Translations under genes and position numbers: made by a program
Notes under the pieces: generated by a model
The model's input: only the letters and a program-made list of their open reading frames with translations
What the model was told of the DNA's origin: nothing
Databases searched by the model: none
NCBI GenBank assembly: GCA_904063045.1
Contig: CAJFCJ010000005.1
Coordinates: 4,245,689-4,309,688 of the forward strand
Direction of reading: 5' to 3'
DNA from: Dimorphilus gyrociliatus
Taxonomy: Eukaryota; Animalia; Annelida
DNA length: 64,000 nt
Shown: positions 45,990 through 57,456 of the stretch, piece by piece
Position numbering within the stretch: position 1 is the first letter of the stretch
How the letters are laid out: each line of letters starts with the position of its first letter

Positions 45990-46886
45990 ATGCAATATTA
46001 TAATAATATAAACAGAAAATATGGAAGATATTATATTTTAATATCATTTTTATTTATATGGACAATTGGGTTAAGATCAATTCCCTTTGCGGTTGAATCG
46101 AGCTTGGTTAGTTGGTTGAAAGCGGCCCTTTGCTTATTAATAGTTAATAATTTAATTTTGTATTTCCTAATTTCAATAAGAGACAAGAATAGTAAATCTT
46201 TTAAGAATTACGAAAAGAAATCTTTATTATTGAATAATTATCTTTTGAACGATAATTATAAATTCTGCAAATACTGCAATTCTTTCGTCTCACCAACGAC
46301 AAGTGAACATTGTAAATTTTGCGATTGTTGCATAGATCGATTGGATTACCATAACTGGCAGTTGGGAAGTTGTGTTAATGCGGATAATCAACGTAACGTC
46401 ACTCTTTACTATATCTACCTTACGCAGTTATCCTTTCTCAACCTCCTATTGATCTTTGCCGCAATTGTACAAGAAGGCTATTTAAAGCAGTACGAATTAT
46501 CATGGTACTTTCTCCCTTTGGCCTTGATAGAATACCTGAAAACTGGTTTTCCCAGTCGTATCTTTCTTATCAATAATATATCTTTAGTAATATCATTGTG
46601 TCAAATGATTTACGCAATAACATATGTGATTATTCATTGTTCGGCAATTATGTATAATAGAAGAGCTTTTCAGATATTTAATCATTACCCGACAACGCAA
46701 GGACCACAATCACCCTACAGAAGAATTATAGAGGTTTTTGGGGATTTATGGTTCCTTAACCTTTTCCTTCCGCTGCCCTTAATACGTTTAAAAACGATAT
46801 ATTCATTTCTTAAAATCAAAACTATTACAATGGCAACTAAAATCATCAATAAACGATCTCCTACGACACCTCATTTTCCTCCATAA
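45990..46886 (+). CDS. ZDHHC22/24-like DHHC-fold membrane protein, intronless, with DYHN in place of DHHC (predicted catalytically inactive), 298 aa
   Basis: Four TM segments around CKYC..EHCKFCDCCIDRLDYHNWQLGSCV; C-terminal EVFGDLWFLNLFLP motif typical of the ZDHHC22/24 group. Confidence 0.85.
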   Translation: MQYYNNINRKYGRYYILISFLFIWTIGLRSIPFAVESSLVSWLKAALCLLIVNNLILYFLISIRDKNSKSFKNYEKKSLLLNNYLLNDNYKFCKYCNSFVSPTTSEHCKFCDCCIDRLDYHNWQLGSCVNADNQRNVTLYYIYLTQLSFLNLLLIFAAIVQEGYLKQYELSWYFLPLALIEYLKTGFPSRIFLINNISLVISLCQMIYAITYVIIHCSAIMYNRRAFQIFNHYPTTQGPQSPYRRIIEVFGDLWFLNLFLPLPLIRLKTIYSFLKIKTITMATKIINKRSPTTPHFPP

Positions 46887-47117
46887 ACCTATGTTATTCA
46901 TTGTGCAATTCATACGCTATTTACACTCTTCTTATTTAATTAGACCTATAAACAGGAAGCAAGTAGTACTTAAAACCACATGTTAAGTATTCGATTTAAA
47001 CAGCAGGACTAATTATTGATTTATCGTCTAGGTTCACATCCTCAGCAGCGTGTACTCATCCTACGTGCTCAAGTGTATATGTGCCTACAGTGTATATTCA
47101 ATATTACTTATATACAG

Positions 47118-47148
<31 letters not shown>

Positions 47149-48798
47149 TATATACATATTTACGAACATATTGGTTAACAATCTCTCTAAAATTACCTAG
47201 TCGTGACGGGACGACAAGATCAGTTTTCCCACTCCCGGTATCCGACCTCTAGAGAAATCTAGATCGATGATGTCCCTCTTCCCCAGACGATCTATTGTAA
47301 TCTGTATCTAATATTACACAACTATTACTTAATAGGAGATTATTGTTTCATAGACCGCAAAGAAGTATCTTCTTGTCCTCAGCGTATTTAAGATTCATTG
47401 TAGGCAGTTGAATTTATTTCCTATGCGGAAACAATGTATAGTCTGAAGACGGAAGCTTTTTAATTCATTTTCATACCTAGGGCAGATATAGGGGTAGAGA
47501 GAGAGAGAGAGAGAGAGAGAGAAAATGAAACGACGACGGATGGATGGAGAGAGAGGGAGAGCAGAAAAAGAAACGCAGAAAGAAAGAAAAGAAAAAGAAA
47601 TAAAGGAGCACCAGAGTAGAAATCGAATGTATTCTAAAGTGAAAATTCTCTATGAATTATTAATCAAGCCAGTCAGGGTTAGGATAGTTTGGTTTCCAAC
47701 TAAATTTAAAAATATACACTCATATATAGAGAGAAAGTGAGGCAGGGAATACATTAAGTACTGGATAGTTTTTCATTATTTCCATTTCTTTATTTGTATC
47801 TATCTTTCTCTCTCTCTCCTTCTTTCTTTCTTTCTGCGTTTCTTTGTCCACAATACAAAGTTTGCAATATCCGCAATTTGTCACCAAGAATTGTTAAATA
47901 AGTAAGGGATTTAAGGAAGATGACAAATGTTAAATAACCAGGTTTAATATAACTCTATTCAACCTTTAATCCTATATTTATAGGATAGTATAACTTTTAT
48001 ATATATAGTATATATTGGTATCTTTTTCTTATCTTCCATCTTAAAAAAGATTGCGCTCTTCTTACCTTTTCTTTTGTTATTTCTGTAATTATTTTTTTAC
48101 GTAGGCCTAAGAATGATTATTATGAATCAATTTCTTAATTCCTATTACGGCAACGGTCCGCTGACGATTGAGTAATATCTTATTAATGCAACCAAACTAT
48201 TCACTGATGTAAATTTTATGTTTGTCACCGGAAATGTTAATTAGGTATGCTTGTTTGCGCAATTTAAAGTCGTTTTACTAAGACCGAAGAACTTTATTCA
48301 AGAAGAAAAGTGAAGAAAGGAGCAAGATACAGTGAGGAAAGATGGATGAATGATTGAATGAATGAATGAATAATTAAGAAAATTAAATAGAGCATCACAC
48401 TAATAACTTTTTTTTTATTAAATTCTTCCTTTTTAACTTTTATTAAAAACCAATCAAACTAAATCAATTTTCTTTTACTTATCAATAGAAAAGGAATAGA
48501 TGGATTGCGCCATCTTGAAACTTCTCTCTTCTCCCTCTTCTTCTTATTCTTTAGATATTTCATTTGAATTCTTAGATTGTAAGGATTATACAAAAATTGA
48601 TTAGTCTACTTTTATCTTACTATTAAATCATTCATTTTTCTTTTCTTCTTAATGCGAAAAAGAGAGGAAAATTAAAAAAAAAACCTTTTAAAAGATTAGA
48701 AAAACGAGGAAGAAGAAGAAATGTTTATACCAGTTTATATATTATAGTTTTAGTGTAATTAAAACTATTATACTCATAGTATTTAACATTTCTTTGAT

Positions 48799-48837
<39 letters not shown>

Positions 48838-49799
48838 GATGAAGAGAGGGAGGGAGAAAGAAAGAATGAAATAGAAAGAATTTTTCTTATTAGAGTTATT
48901 AAATAAAAAAAATTACATATTAAATAACACGTTAGAGTTATTCAATAACATACAATACAACAATATAAATCCCTATTGGTTACTTTTGTAGGAAAGAAAG
49001 TAAGAGTGAGAGAAAGGGGATGGGGGGAGGGGAGAGGGGGGAGATCGACGAAAATAATAAAAAGCAGCATTAAATTAAGTTAAAGGCGTTCCTCCACTGA
49101 GAAGTGATATGAAATTTGTTTTCTGAATGATTAAATTAACAGAACGTGGAAGATTTTTGCTGCGCAAATGCTTTTTTTTTTCTTTTTTCCTCTCTCTCTC
49201 TCTCTCTTCCTTTCTCTCTTTCCTTCTATCTGTCTATAATATATGCTCATATTTATATAGGTATAGTATACTCGAAAGCAACTAAGTTTAAAAAAAAGCA
49301 ATTATATAGCAGGGTTTGACCCCTAAAATGCCCACTAAAGCTTGATCGTCTTTTTCTATAGACTTAGAGTAATACTTTGATAATCCTAAACTCTGCTTCT
49401 CTGTATCTCTCTCCCCCCTCCCCAGCCTCCCTTCTCTCTCTCTCTCTTTCCCTCAATCTATCCCGTTAAATAATTATTATTGCAACTCTTTAGGGTATTA
49501 TTACTATTATTAGTATCATCATCGATTCTATTAAAATAGCTGACATAAAGGTATTAATAATTAGATAATGTGTGAAGTTAGAGGAGAGGAAAGGGAGGGA
49601 AAGGTTGGGTGGAAAATGGAAAATGGTTACGAGAGAGAGAGAGAGAGAGAAAGCGAAGTTATTGGTTGATTAATTCTACAGTATAATATATAATATTTTT
49701 TCAATTTTACTGTTTGGCCAAAGAATTGAAGAAACAAAAGAGAGATAGAGATAGAGAAATACAAAATTTTTGTTAAATATTATATATACAGTATTATAT

Positions 49800-49830
<31 letters not shown>

Positions 49831-50946
49831 CTTCATCCTCTTTCACTGCATTCGCGCGACCGGTCGTTACCTTTAATAATTGATAAAGTCTGTTTCGTTT
49901 CGAATCGGATAGTGGCGCTCACCTGATAAAACTTGAAATAAAATACATTGAGATACTCTTTATAAAAATTAAAGTATACCTTTAATGAAATGGAGAGAAG
50001 AGTAAAAATGTACAAGATAGGCCTAAAAACATATACATATATGTACTCGTTGAAAAAGCTTCTATAGATAAAAATCAATAGTAAATATGTTGTTGTTTTT
50101 TTTTACTTTAAAGTTAAACATCTTGCATTTTTACTGATTTTTCTCTAACTTGAAAATATTCACTGAAAGGAATAAAATTTCGGCTTTTTTATTCAAAAAG
50201 CCACATGACGGTGTAACATATTTTATATATTTTATGCGAATATCTATATAAAGGCCAAATATTTTATTAACATATCACATAATTGATTATCTACGTTCCG
50301 CTGTCGCAGCTCCACATTCTTCATCATCATCTTCATCTTCTTCTTTTTCTTCTTCTTCTTTCTAGGAATATTCCTGGAATAATATCTTTTTTGGTTTTCT
50401 TCTTTCTTCTTCGATCGTCGTCGGCACTGGTTTCGCAGTCATCTTCAACAGCATAATCAAGAATAGCGGTATTTCCACTCTCTTCCATATCTTCTCCGTC
50501 AGTGAAAATCTCGGTATACTATGGTATTTTGGTTCAACTTCCTTTATCAAAAAAAAACAATAAAACTGCAACTACTCCTAAATATTCATATACAATTTAT
50601 GTAGATGAACGACATTAATGTTTATCTCTTCTCACTGAAACTATGTAGAGAGAGAGAGATAAAGACACAATCAGCTAGCTAGCCTGGGAAGAAGAGAGAG
50701 AGAGTGGGAGAGAGAGTAGGTTAGTGAGTAAGTGAGTGAGATAGAGAGGAAAAGAAAGAGAGAGAAAAAAAGAGAGGGTTTTTGTAGAGTGCGATGATTC
50801 TCTTATTGATGAATAGTTGATGATTGGCAAACGCGTTTATTGTATATTTCCATTATGGAATACGCAATATACATAATAATTCAATGTTTTGTGAATACAA
50901 AAATATAAAAAATATATATATTATATATATAAAATACGGTTAAAAA

Positions 50947-52223
50947 ATGAAGAAATGTTGGGATATATATGTATACAATCTCTTCCTCTTCCCCAATATC
51001 ACCATCATCATCATCATCTTCTTCTTCTTCTTCTTCTTCCTCAGCTGTATCGTCAATATCTTACGTCTCTTGACTCTCTTTATACAAGTTTTAAGGTAAG
51101 ATGTTACATTTTATATTGCAAGTTTTGATACTTAAATACTTACTACAAATAATATTTTAATTGTTAATACCCACACAAAAAAACGTTATTATGAATTAGA
51201 GACGCGATTATTGTCTATTCACTGCGCTTTTAATGTTTATAATTCATCATCAAAATTATCATCATTTATCATCACATTTTGTGCATGACACCTTTACTTA
51301 CTGTATTATATTCCCAAACCTACTCCATTCTTGTTCCCCTTACCCCTCCCATCCCCTCCCCCCCCCCCTTTCGGTAGAATCGATTGTCTAATTGCTCAAT
51401 ATTATATATTAGCTGCTACTTGCTCCAAGGAAGACGATTGTGGAGATAACGCAGTTTGTCATAATGGAACTTGCATGTGTAATCACGGATTCTTCGGAGA
51501 TGGAGTAATTTGTAAAGGTTCGTTTCTTTCATTTTTAATAGACATTTTGACGTTTGATCCTTTTTTAAAAATATTATTTATTAAAGAAAAGTATATTATC
51601 AGAAGTAATAAAAGATCTATTCGTTTTCAGAGGCCTGCACCTGCCGTCTCAGAGGCGATCCTATACTTAGATCTTACGACGGAAATTACATCATCTTGTC
51701 CGGTACAAACAAATATCAAATGACCAAGCATATCGACCCGAGAGACGAGTGTAGCTTCAACGTCGAAGTTAAAGCCGGACATCCTAAACACATTTTGGGC
51801 ACAACTTACCCAAGATTCTTAGAAGTTATGGTCTACAGTATCGTTATTCACCTCGACCAACACGGTAGAGCTTACATTGGAGGTAGTTCTGGTACACAAA
51901 TCCAATTGCCTAGCAACAACGTACTACATCCCGGTCTCAGAATTTACAAGTACAGAAACTACGTAATTGTCGATACCGACTGCGGACTTAGAGTAGGCTT
52001 TGATGGAGAAGGATTGAGATCAGTTGCTGTCATCGATGTTCCTCCAAGATACAAGGACAAGATGGTAGGATTATGCGGCGATTGCGATGGTAAATTGGAC
52101 GATCTTCGTACAGCAGAAGGAGTCCGCGTTGACCATAGAGCCGATAAGTTCGACCTAATCGCTAACAGCTTTAAGGTTGATGAATTTTCTGATAAGGACC
52201 TACCAGCAGAAACCCAGGCATAG
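50947..52223 (+). CDS. Small EGF + single VWD domain protein; likely exons 50947(?)-51095, 51378-51517, 51631-52223; 5' end uncertain
   Basis: EGF-like CSKEDDCGDNAVCHNGTCMCNHGFFGDGVIC joined (phase 1) to a VWD domain CTCRLRGDPILRSYDG..GLCGDCDG, with a stop soon after. Phase-2 donor AAG|GTAAGA at 51096 fits the acceptor at 51377. Confidence 0.75.
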
Positions 52224-52645
52224 ATGAACTTTACAAAAGAATTGACATATAAACGTTTATTTTATCATTATATATATATATATATATATATAGTTTTTGC
52301 CTTTGTTCCCCTTCTTTCTCGTCTCTAAATTCTCACCTCTCTTCCCTAAATGTGAACACAAAATGAAATAATTATTATATTCATCTATAAATTTACTTGC
52401 AACTCATAAAAATTGAAATTATTCTTTGATTAAATAATTAATTAACTAATATCTCTCTCTCTAATGATGATGATGATAAGAAGAGAAGAAGAATTGATTT
52501 TTAAGAGAGTTTTATTTTCTCAACAATAAAAATAGTTAACAAATTATTAATATAAAAAATACATATGCAATTTATACTACTCGATAAAAACATGTACAGA
52601 TATACATATATATGCAAATTATAGTCCTCTTTTTGACTTTAAATA

Positions 52646-53737
52646 TCACGTATACGATTGATAATTGGCGTGTGCGGCCGAGGCGGCGTCCCCAATTGGT
52701 GTTGAATAATCAAAATATTGAGGTGGAAATCGGGTGGCCAACGCCCATGTTGCATTATTAGTATCGTGTGTTGGATAGAATGGATTGGGTAATGACGGAG
52801 GTAATGTTGGCGGTAGATTTGGAAAGTTTGGAGGTGGAACTGCGTAGGGTGAAAACCTTCCGTAATTCATTGGCATTGATTCGTATCGGTTACGGGGTGT
52901 AGATGTTAATGGAGCTGCCGGTTTCCGTCTTCTAACACGTTTAGCCGTATAACTTTTTGAAAAGTCGCCGTTCTTAAAATCCTCAATACAAGATGGATGC
53001 AACGCCCAATAGTGTCCTTTACCAGTCCTATGCTTATTCTGCTTTACAAAGCACGTATTTATAGACAAGTTATGCCTTATAGAGTTTCTCCAACCCTTCT
53101 CTTCGTTATTATAATATTCGTACTTGGTTTGAATGTAGTTGTATATATCATATAGTATTAACTTTTGCTCTGGGGCGTCTAATAGGGCTTCGGCTATTAA
53201 TCTTAGGTAGCTGTGGGGCGGTTTTTCAGTTGACCTATTACTTACTTCTTCTCTCGAAGAAGCTCCCTGATCGACTTGTAATCTCTTTTCTTCTCCGCTC
53301 GTACTAGATATACCACTTGATGAATTGTCCTTACTCTTATTATGAAAGTGATGATGATGAGGCTGATGGTGGGAATCGTCGTTAAGATCGTCGTGATGAA
53401 GGTGATGGTGGTGATGATGATGAAGATGGTGGTTCTCTTCCTCGTTCGCTTCGTTGTGAGCTTGAAGGGCAAAGGCACTTAGATCGATAGCGTTCGAACT
53501 TCCATTGGCCGACGCGTAACTATCCGTTCCGTAGCCGACCGAGTTGAGCGTCGATGAAAAATTAGCAGGAGATTCTTGCTGAGGTGGCGTTATCGCTTTA
53601 GGAGAATAAGGCGGCGAATATCGGTAATAAGACGACGACGTTGTCGAAGATACAGCCGTATTGGGAAAATATTGCAGGTCTTGACGATTTTCTTCCATAC
53701 TCGGAGGTTTATAGTGTAATGTAGAAGGTCGTTCCAT
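52646..53737 (-). CDS. FoxQ2: Forkhead transcription factor, FoxQ2 class, single coding exon from the first ATG (ORF open to 53803)
   Basis: EKPPHSYLRLIA..KLILYDIY..GWRNSIRHNLSINTCF..GKGHYWALHPSCIEDFKNGDF; the GKGHYWAxHP and DFxxGDF motifs are FoxQ2-diagnostic. Confidence 0.8.
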   Translation of the reverse strand: MERPSTLHYKPPSMEENRQDLQYFPNTAVSSTTSSSYYRYSPPYSPKAITPPQQESPANFSSTLNSVGYGTDSYASANGSSNAIDLSAFALQAHNEANEEENHHLHHHHHHHLHHDDLNDDSHHQPHHHHFHNKSKDNSSSGISSTSGEEKRLQVDQGASSREEVSNRSTEKPPHSYLRLIAEALLDAPEQKLILYDIYNYIQTKYEYYNNEEKGWRNSIRHNLSINTCFVKQNKHRTGKGHYWALHPSCIEDFKNGDFSKSYTAKRVRRRKPAAPLTSTPRNRYESMPMNYGRFSPYAVPPPNFPNLPPTLPPSLPNPFYPTHDTNNATWALATRFPPQYFDYSTPIGDAASAAHANYQSYT

Positions 53738-54385
53738 ACTCGATAAGATTCCGAGATTGAATGTGATAATTGTAAACTGTTCATCTTGTTTTAAACCTGT
53801 CAAATCGTACTCAAAAGCGTTTAAATCGTGCTTCGTTTACCATTTTCTTCAATTGATAGTGTCAAACGCTTTCGTTCGACTCTGACATGAAATCGCCGCC
53901 TCTCATTGTATAGGCCTTTAACGACGGAACGCTGCGCTTTATTTAATGAACGTTTACGCAATGTATATAAAAGAATCAAACGCCGTTACCGCAAAAAAAG
54001 AGACGAGTAAAGTAAACATTAATTAGTGAAATGAGCTGCGAAAAGAAATAGAAAGATTTCTTCATAAGGCAAAATAACTAATAAATATTGCAATAGAAAG
54101 GGATAGAGATAGAGATGGGTGGAAAGGCGGAGACAACCAAAATTGGTGAATAGGGACCGACAATGTAAAGATTAAAAACGGATAGGTTGCATTGTATCAA
54201 AACCACGTGAAATATACGTCTTTATATATTAAAAAAGAGCGGTCTCTTGTCGTTATTGGCTGATCATTGCGCATAGTGCGTCACTTCTGTGTAGCGTCTA
54301 ATCTATTATGTATGAGTTTAGCTCATCATAAGCGCACCGACTGCGGACGGAACGCTCATTCCTCCCCTAGCACTACAGAAGGAAA

Positions 54386-57088
54386 ATGTATTGCCTAGTA
54401 AAAACTTTGGTCGTGTTATCTCTAATTCAGTTCGGAGGTAAGTGACCTATTATGGGTATTATTCTTCTTAATCTTTATTCTTTTCTTGTTCTTTCTTTGT
54501 TTTCCTTTCGCTTAAAATCTATCTTGAACGCAAAGGCGTAAACTCAATTGTAACTAATTTTTGGAAAGAGGGAGAAAGAGAGAAAGAGAGAAAGTAAAAG
54601 AGTTTATTAGGTTTTGTTCTATCGAATTTGTGTTATACAACTATAAAAGAATAAGGGAAAAAATTATTGCCTAGTTGCGGTCGTAAAAGTCTATAGTAAA
54701 CTTATCAATTATCTTACAAAGGGAAGAAGGAACTAACTCAACAAACTTGAAGAGAGAAGGAGGAGGAGGAGGGTAGAAAAAGAAAGAGAAACTCAGAGTA
54801 TACGTAGACAGAGAGAGAGGGAGGGGGGAATAGGAAAAAAGGAAGAAAAGAAAGAAACAGACGTCGATGAGATATGATTAAGCTGGTGATCGTCGTATAT
54901 AGAGTATATAGATTTTAAGAGAATGAGAATATGGCGTGTCAAGTTGTATAGTCTTTTTATTAAGAAGAATCTTGTAATACTTGAGTTTCTTAGGGAATAA
55001 GAAAACGGCTGACAAACCATTTCCGACTTTTTCAATTGAAGAGATAAGAAATAAAGAAATAACGACAATAATAAGATAAAAGAAAAAAAAGAGTAGTCAA
55101 TTCTCTTACTCTTTCCCTATTTCTTTATTAACTCTATTATAAAAAGTTTATTTATTAGTATTCCTCCTTTCCTTTAATGGACTGACGTCGATTTTCAAAC
55201 CTATGGCGTCTCCTTTCTCTGTCTTTTTAATGTTAATCTAATAAGATACGATCGTGAATTGAATAGCCTGCTGGCTAGGTGGTCTTTGTAACCAATGCAT
55301 GAAAAAAGACCCAAAGTGAGAAGAGTAGTAATAAAGAGATGGAATGTTCAAAAGAAAGGGAATTTACGAACAAACTCCAATGAATATATTCAACTAGTTT
55401 TGAATCTATCAATCTAGACTGTCCGGAAGAGATATACAGTATATAATATATATACAAACAAGTATTAAAAGATTACTGAAAGATTATAAATTTGTGATTT
55501 GTAACTTTTGAAAGAGGTTTATTATCCTCTTCAAAGAAGGAATTCAAATGAATTTGATCGATTGTCATATTAATGATAAATGTATGCTTTAGGCATTTAA
55601 AACAATTGAGTGGAAATTGATTTCATTTAGGCCTAGAACATTGTAAAAGCTACCTCATCAAAATTTGACTAGCTGTCTCGCTCAATTTACAGTCTGTACA
55701 AACTCGTGAAATTGCTTTAGCCCTTACGAAAGTAGGCAAAAGCCACTTAAAATTGTTACGGAACAAGTGAAAAACCAGTCTACTCAGTGTCAAAGTTACA
55801 TTAACAAACCTCTCTTTTTTTATTAAACAGTACTAAGTATCGCTAGTTATGTATTATCTTGTTTGTCGCAGTATACCTTGTTATTTTTTGTTTTGTTTTC
55901 TATTGGTAATTCATTATTTATGTTTTTTTCCTTTCGCTTCTCCCTAAACACCCTCTCTCTGTCTCTGTCCCTTCCCTATCTTTATTCCCCCTCTTCCCCC
56001 CCTCTCTCTCTCTCCCAACTTCTAGCAAAACTGTTAATCTCTCTTCCACTCTCTGTAGACCGTTATTTATGTATTAGTACAAATTTTAACACCGAGTGCA
56101 GCTTACAAAATGATTGAAAATTATTAATCGAATCGATAGATTATTATTACTTAATAAATTAAATCTATAATTTACTTAATGAGTACGGTCAAGTTTAAAA
56201 GAGTCGCTGTAAACAAGAAGAAATCTCCGAAGGGCAAAAGGCCTATTGAGATGCAAAAGAGGCAATGTGATCTAGTCTCTTTATATATTTTATGCATAAA
56301 TATATCTATTATCCATCGTCCTAAATTCCTCGTTTACCTCCCTCCTCCTTCGTTCTTCTCTCATTCTCTCTATCTGTGCTCCTCCTTCCCCCTCCCCACC
56401 TCTGACTTTCTTCATGGGGTTCTCAGCCGATTGACTTCGCTTTTAAGTATCTGCTTGATGACGTTAAGAACATTACTCTTTCTTCATTTGCTAAGCGTAA
56501 CTATATTTACGTAATGACTGCTCAATAGCCTCTTCAAAGACGAGAGCTAACTGTAGCAAGCATTCGTTAGGGGGCGCTCCCAAAGCTACCTGTTGATTTA
56601 AGCGGGACTGGATAGATTTAAAAGAAGAGTTATAAAGTTTATAACGATATAAAAGAGATAGAGAAGAAGAATAAGAAGAAAGAAAGAAAGAATAGAAAAT
56701 GAAAATGAAGAATAGTTAAATGAAAGGAAAGGTGTGAATTGATGAGAAATATAGACATGTATATATCTACACCTATACACGTTTAAATATATATATAGTA
56801 TGTTTTCTTTTACTAGGAATACTTATAATAAATAATTTAAGCTGTTGTTCGTAAAAGGGTGAGATGCATTTATATTATTTATCGGATTTAACTCCCACGG
56901 TAACTTGGCAAATTATGTTGGTTGTATGGGTTTTTACGTCGTTTTTTTCTATTAGGACCAAAATCTTGATTGGTTGGCTAACGATAAGAAAGGGGGAATG
57001 AGTGAAAAGAGAAAATTGTAGAAGGAAAATTACAGATAATTCACAATTAAGAATTATCTTTTATTTCTTTTCTCTCTTCCTTTCTCTC

Positions 57089-57119
<31 letters not shown>

Positions 57120-57425
57120 ATTATTGAGGACAACCTTCTAACACCATTACCACAAACTTTTTATTGCTAGTACTACTATTAGAATTTGTCGGTGTCGTCT
57201 CACTCGCGTATAAAACTAATTATATTAGCTAATAAACAACACGTGTCCTCTCTATTCTATTCTAATTGAAATACGATGTATATGCTAATTAGTCTAAAAG
57301 GTTTTTATGTAGAGTCATGTTAACTGTAAGAATATTTGTTTAACAATTCACAAGCTAATCAATTCTCTATGGACCAATTGCAAATCGCCCTACTATATAG
57401 TTAAATTGATGCCTTTCCAACATTC

Positions 57426-57456
<31 letters not shown>

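Noticed and set aside
47185-47310. Minus-strand frame IDRLGKRDIIDLDFSRG.. suggesting a neuropeptide precursor
   Set aside because: Only one GKR site, no repeated peptide, and no upstream signal-peptide exon could be joined in frame.
50985-51060. Minus-strand acidic reading DIDDTAEEEEEEEEDDDDDGDIGEEEE
   Set aside because: It is the complement of an (ATC)(TTC) repeat, is immediately preceded by a stop, and lacks a credible acceptor; better explained by the plus-strand VWD gene.
56458-56514. MTLRTLLFLHLLSVTIFT as the signal peptide of the CUB gene
   Set aside because: Its donor is phase 2 and incompatible with the phase-1 exon at 57578; exon 54386-54437 fits with a consensus GTAAGT donor.
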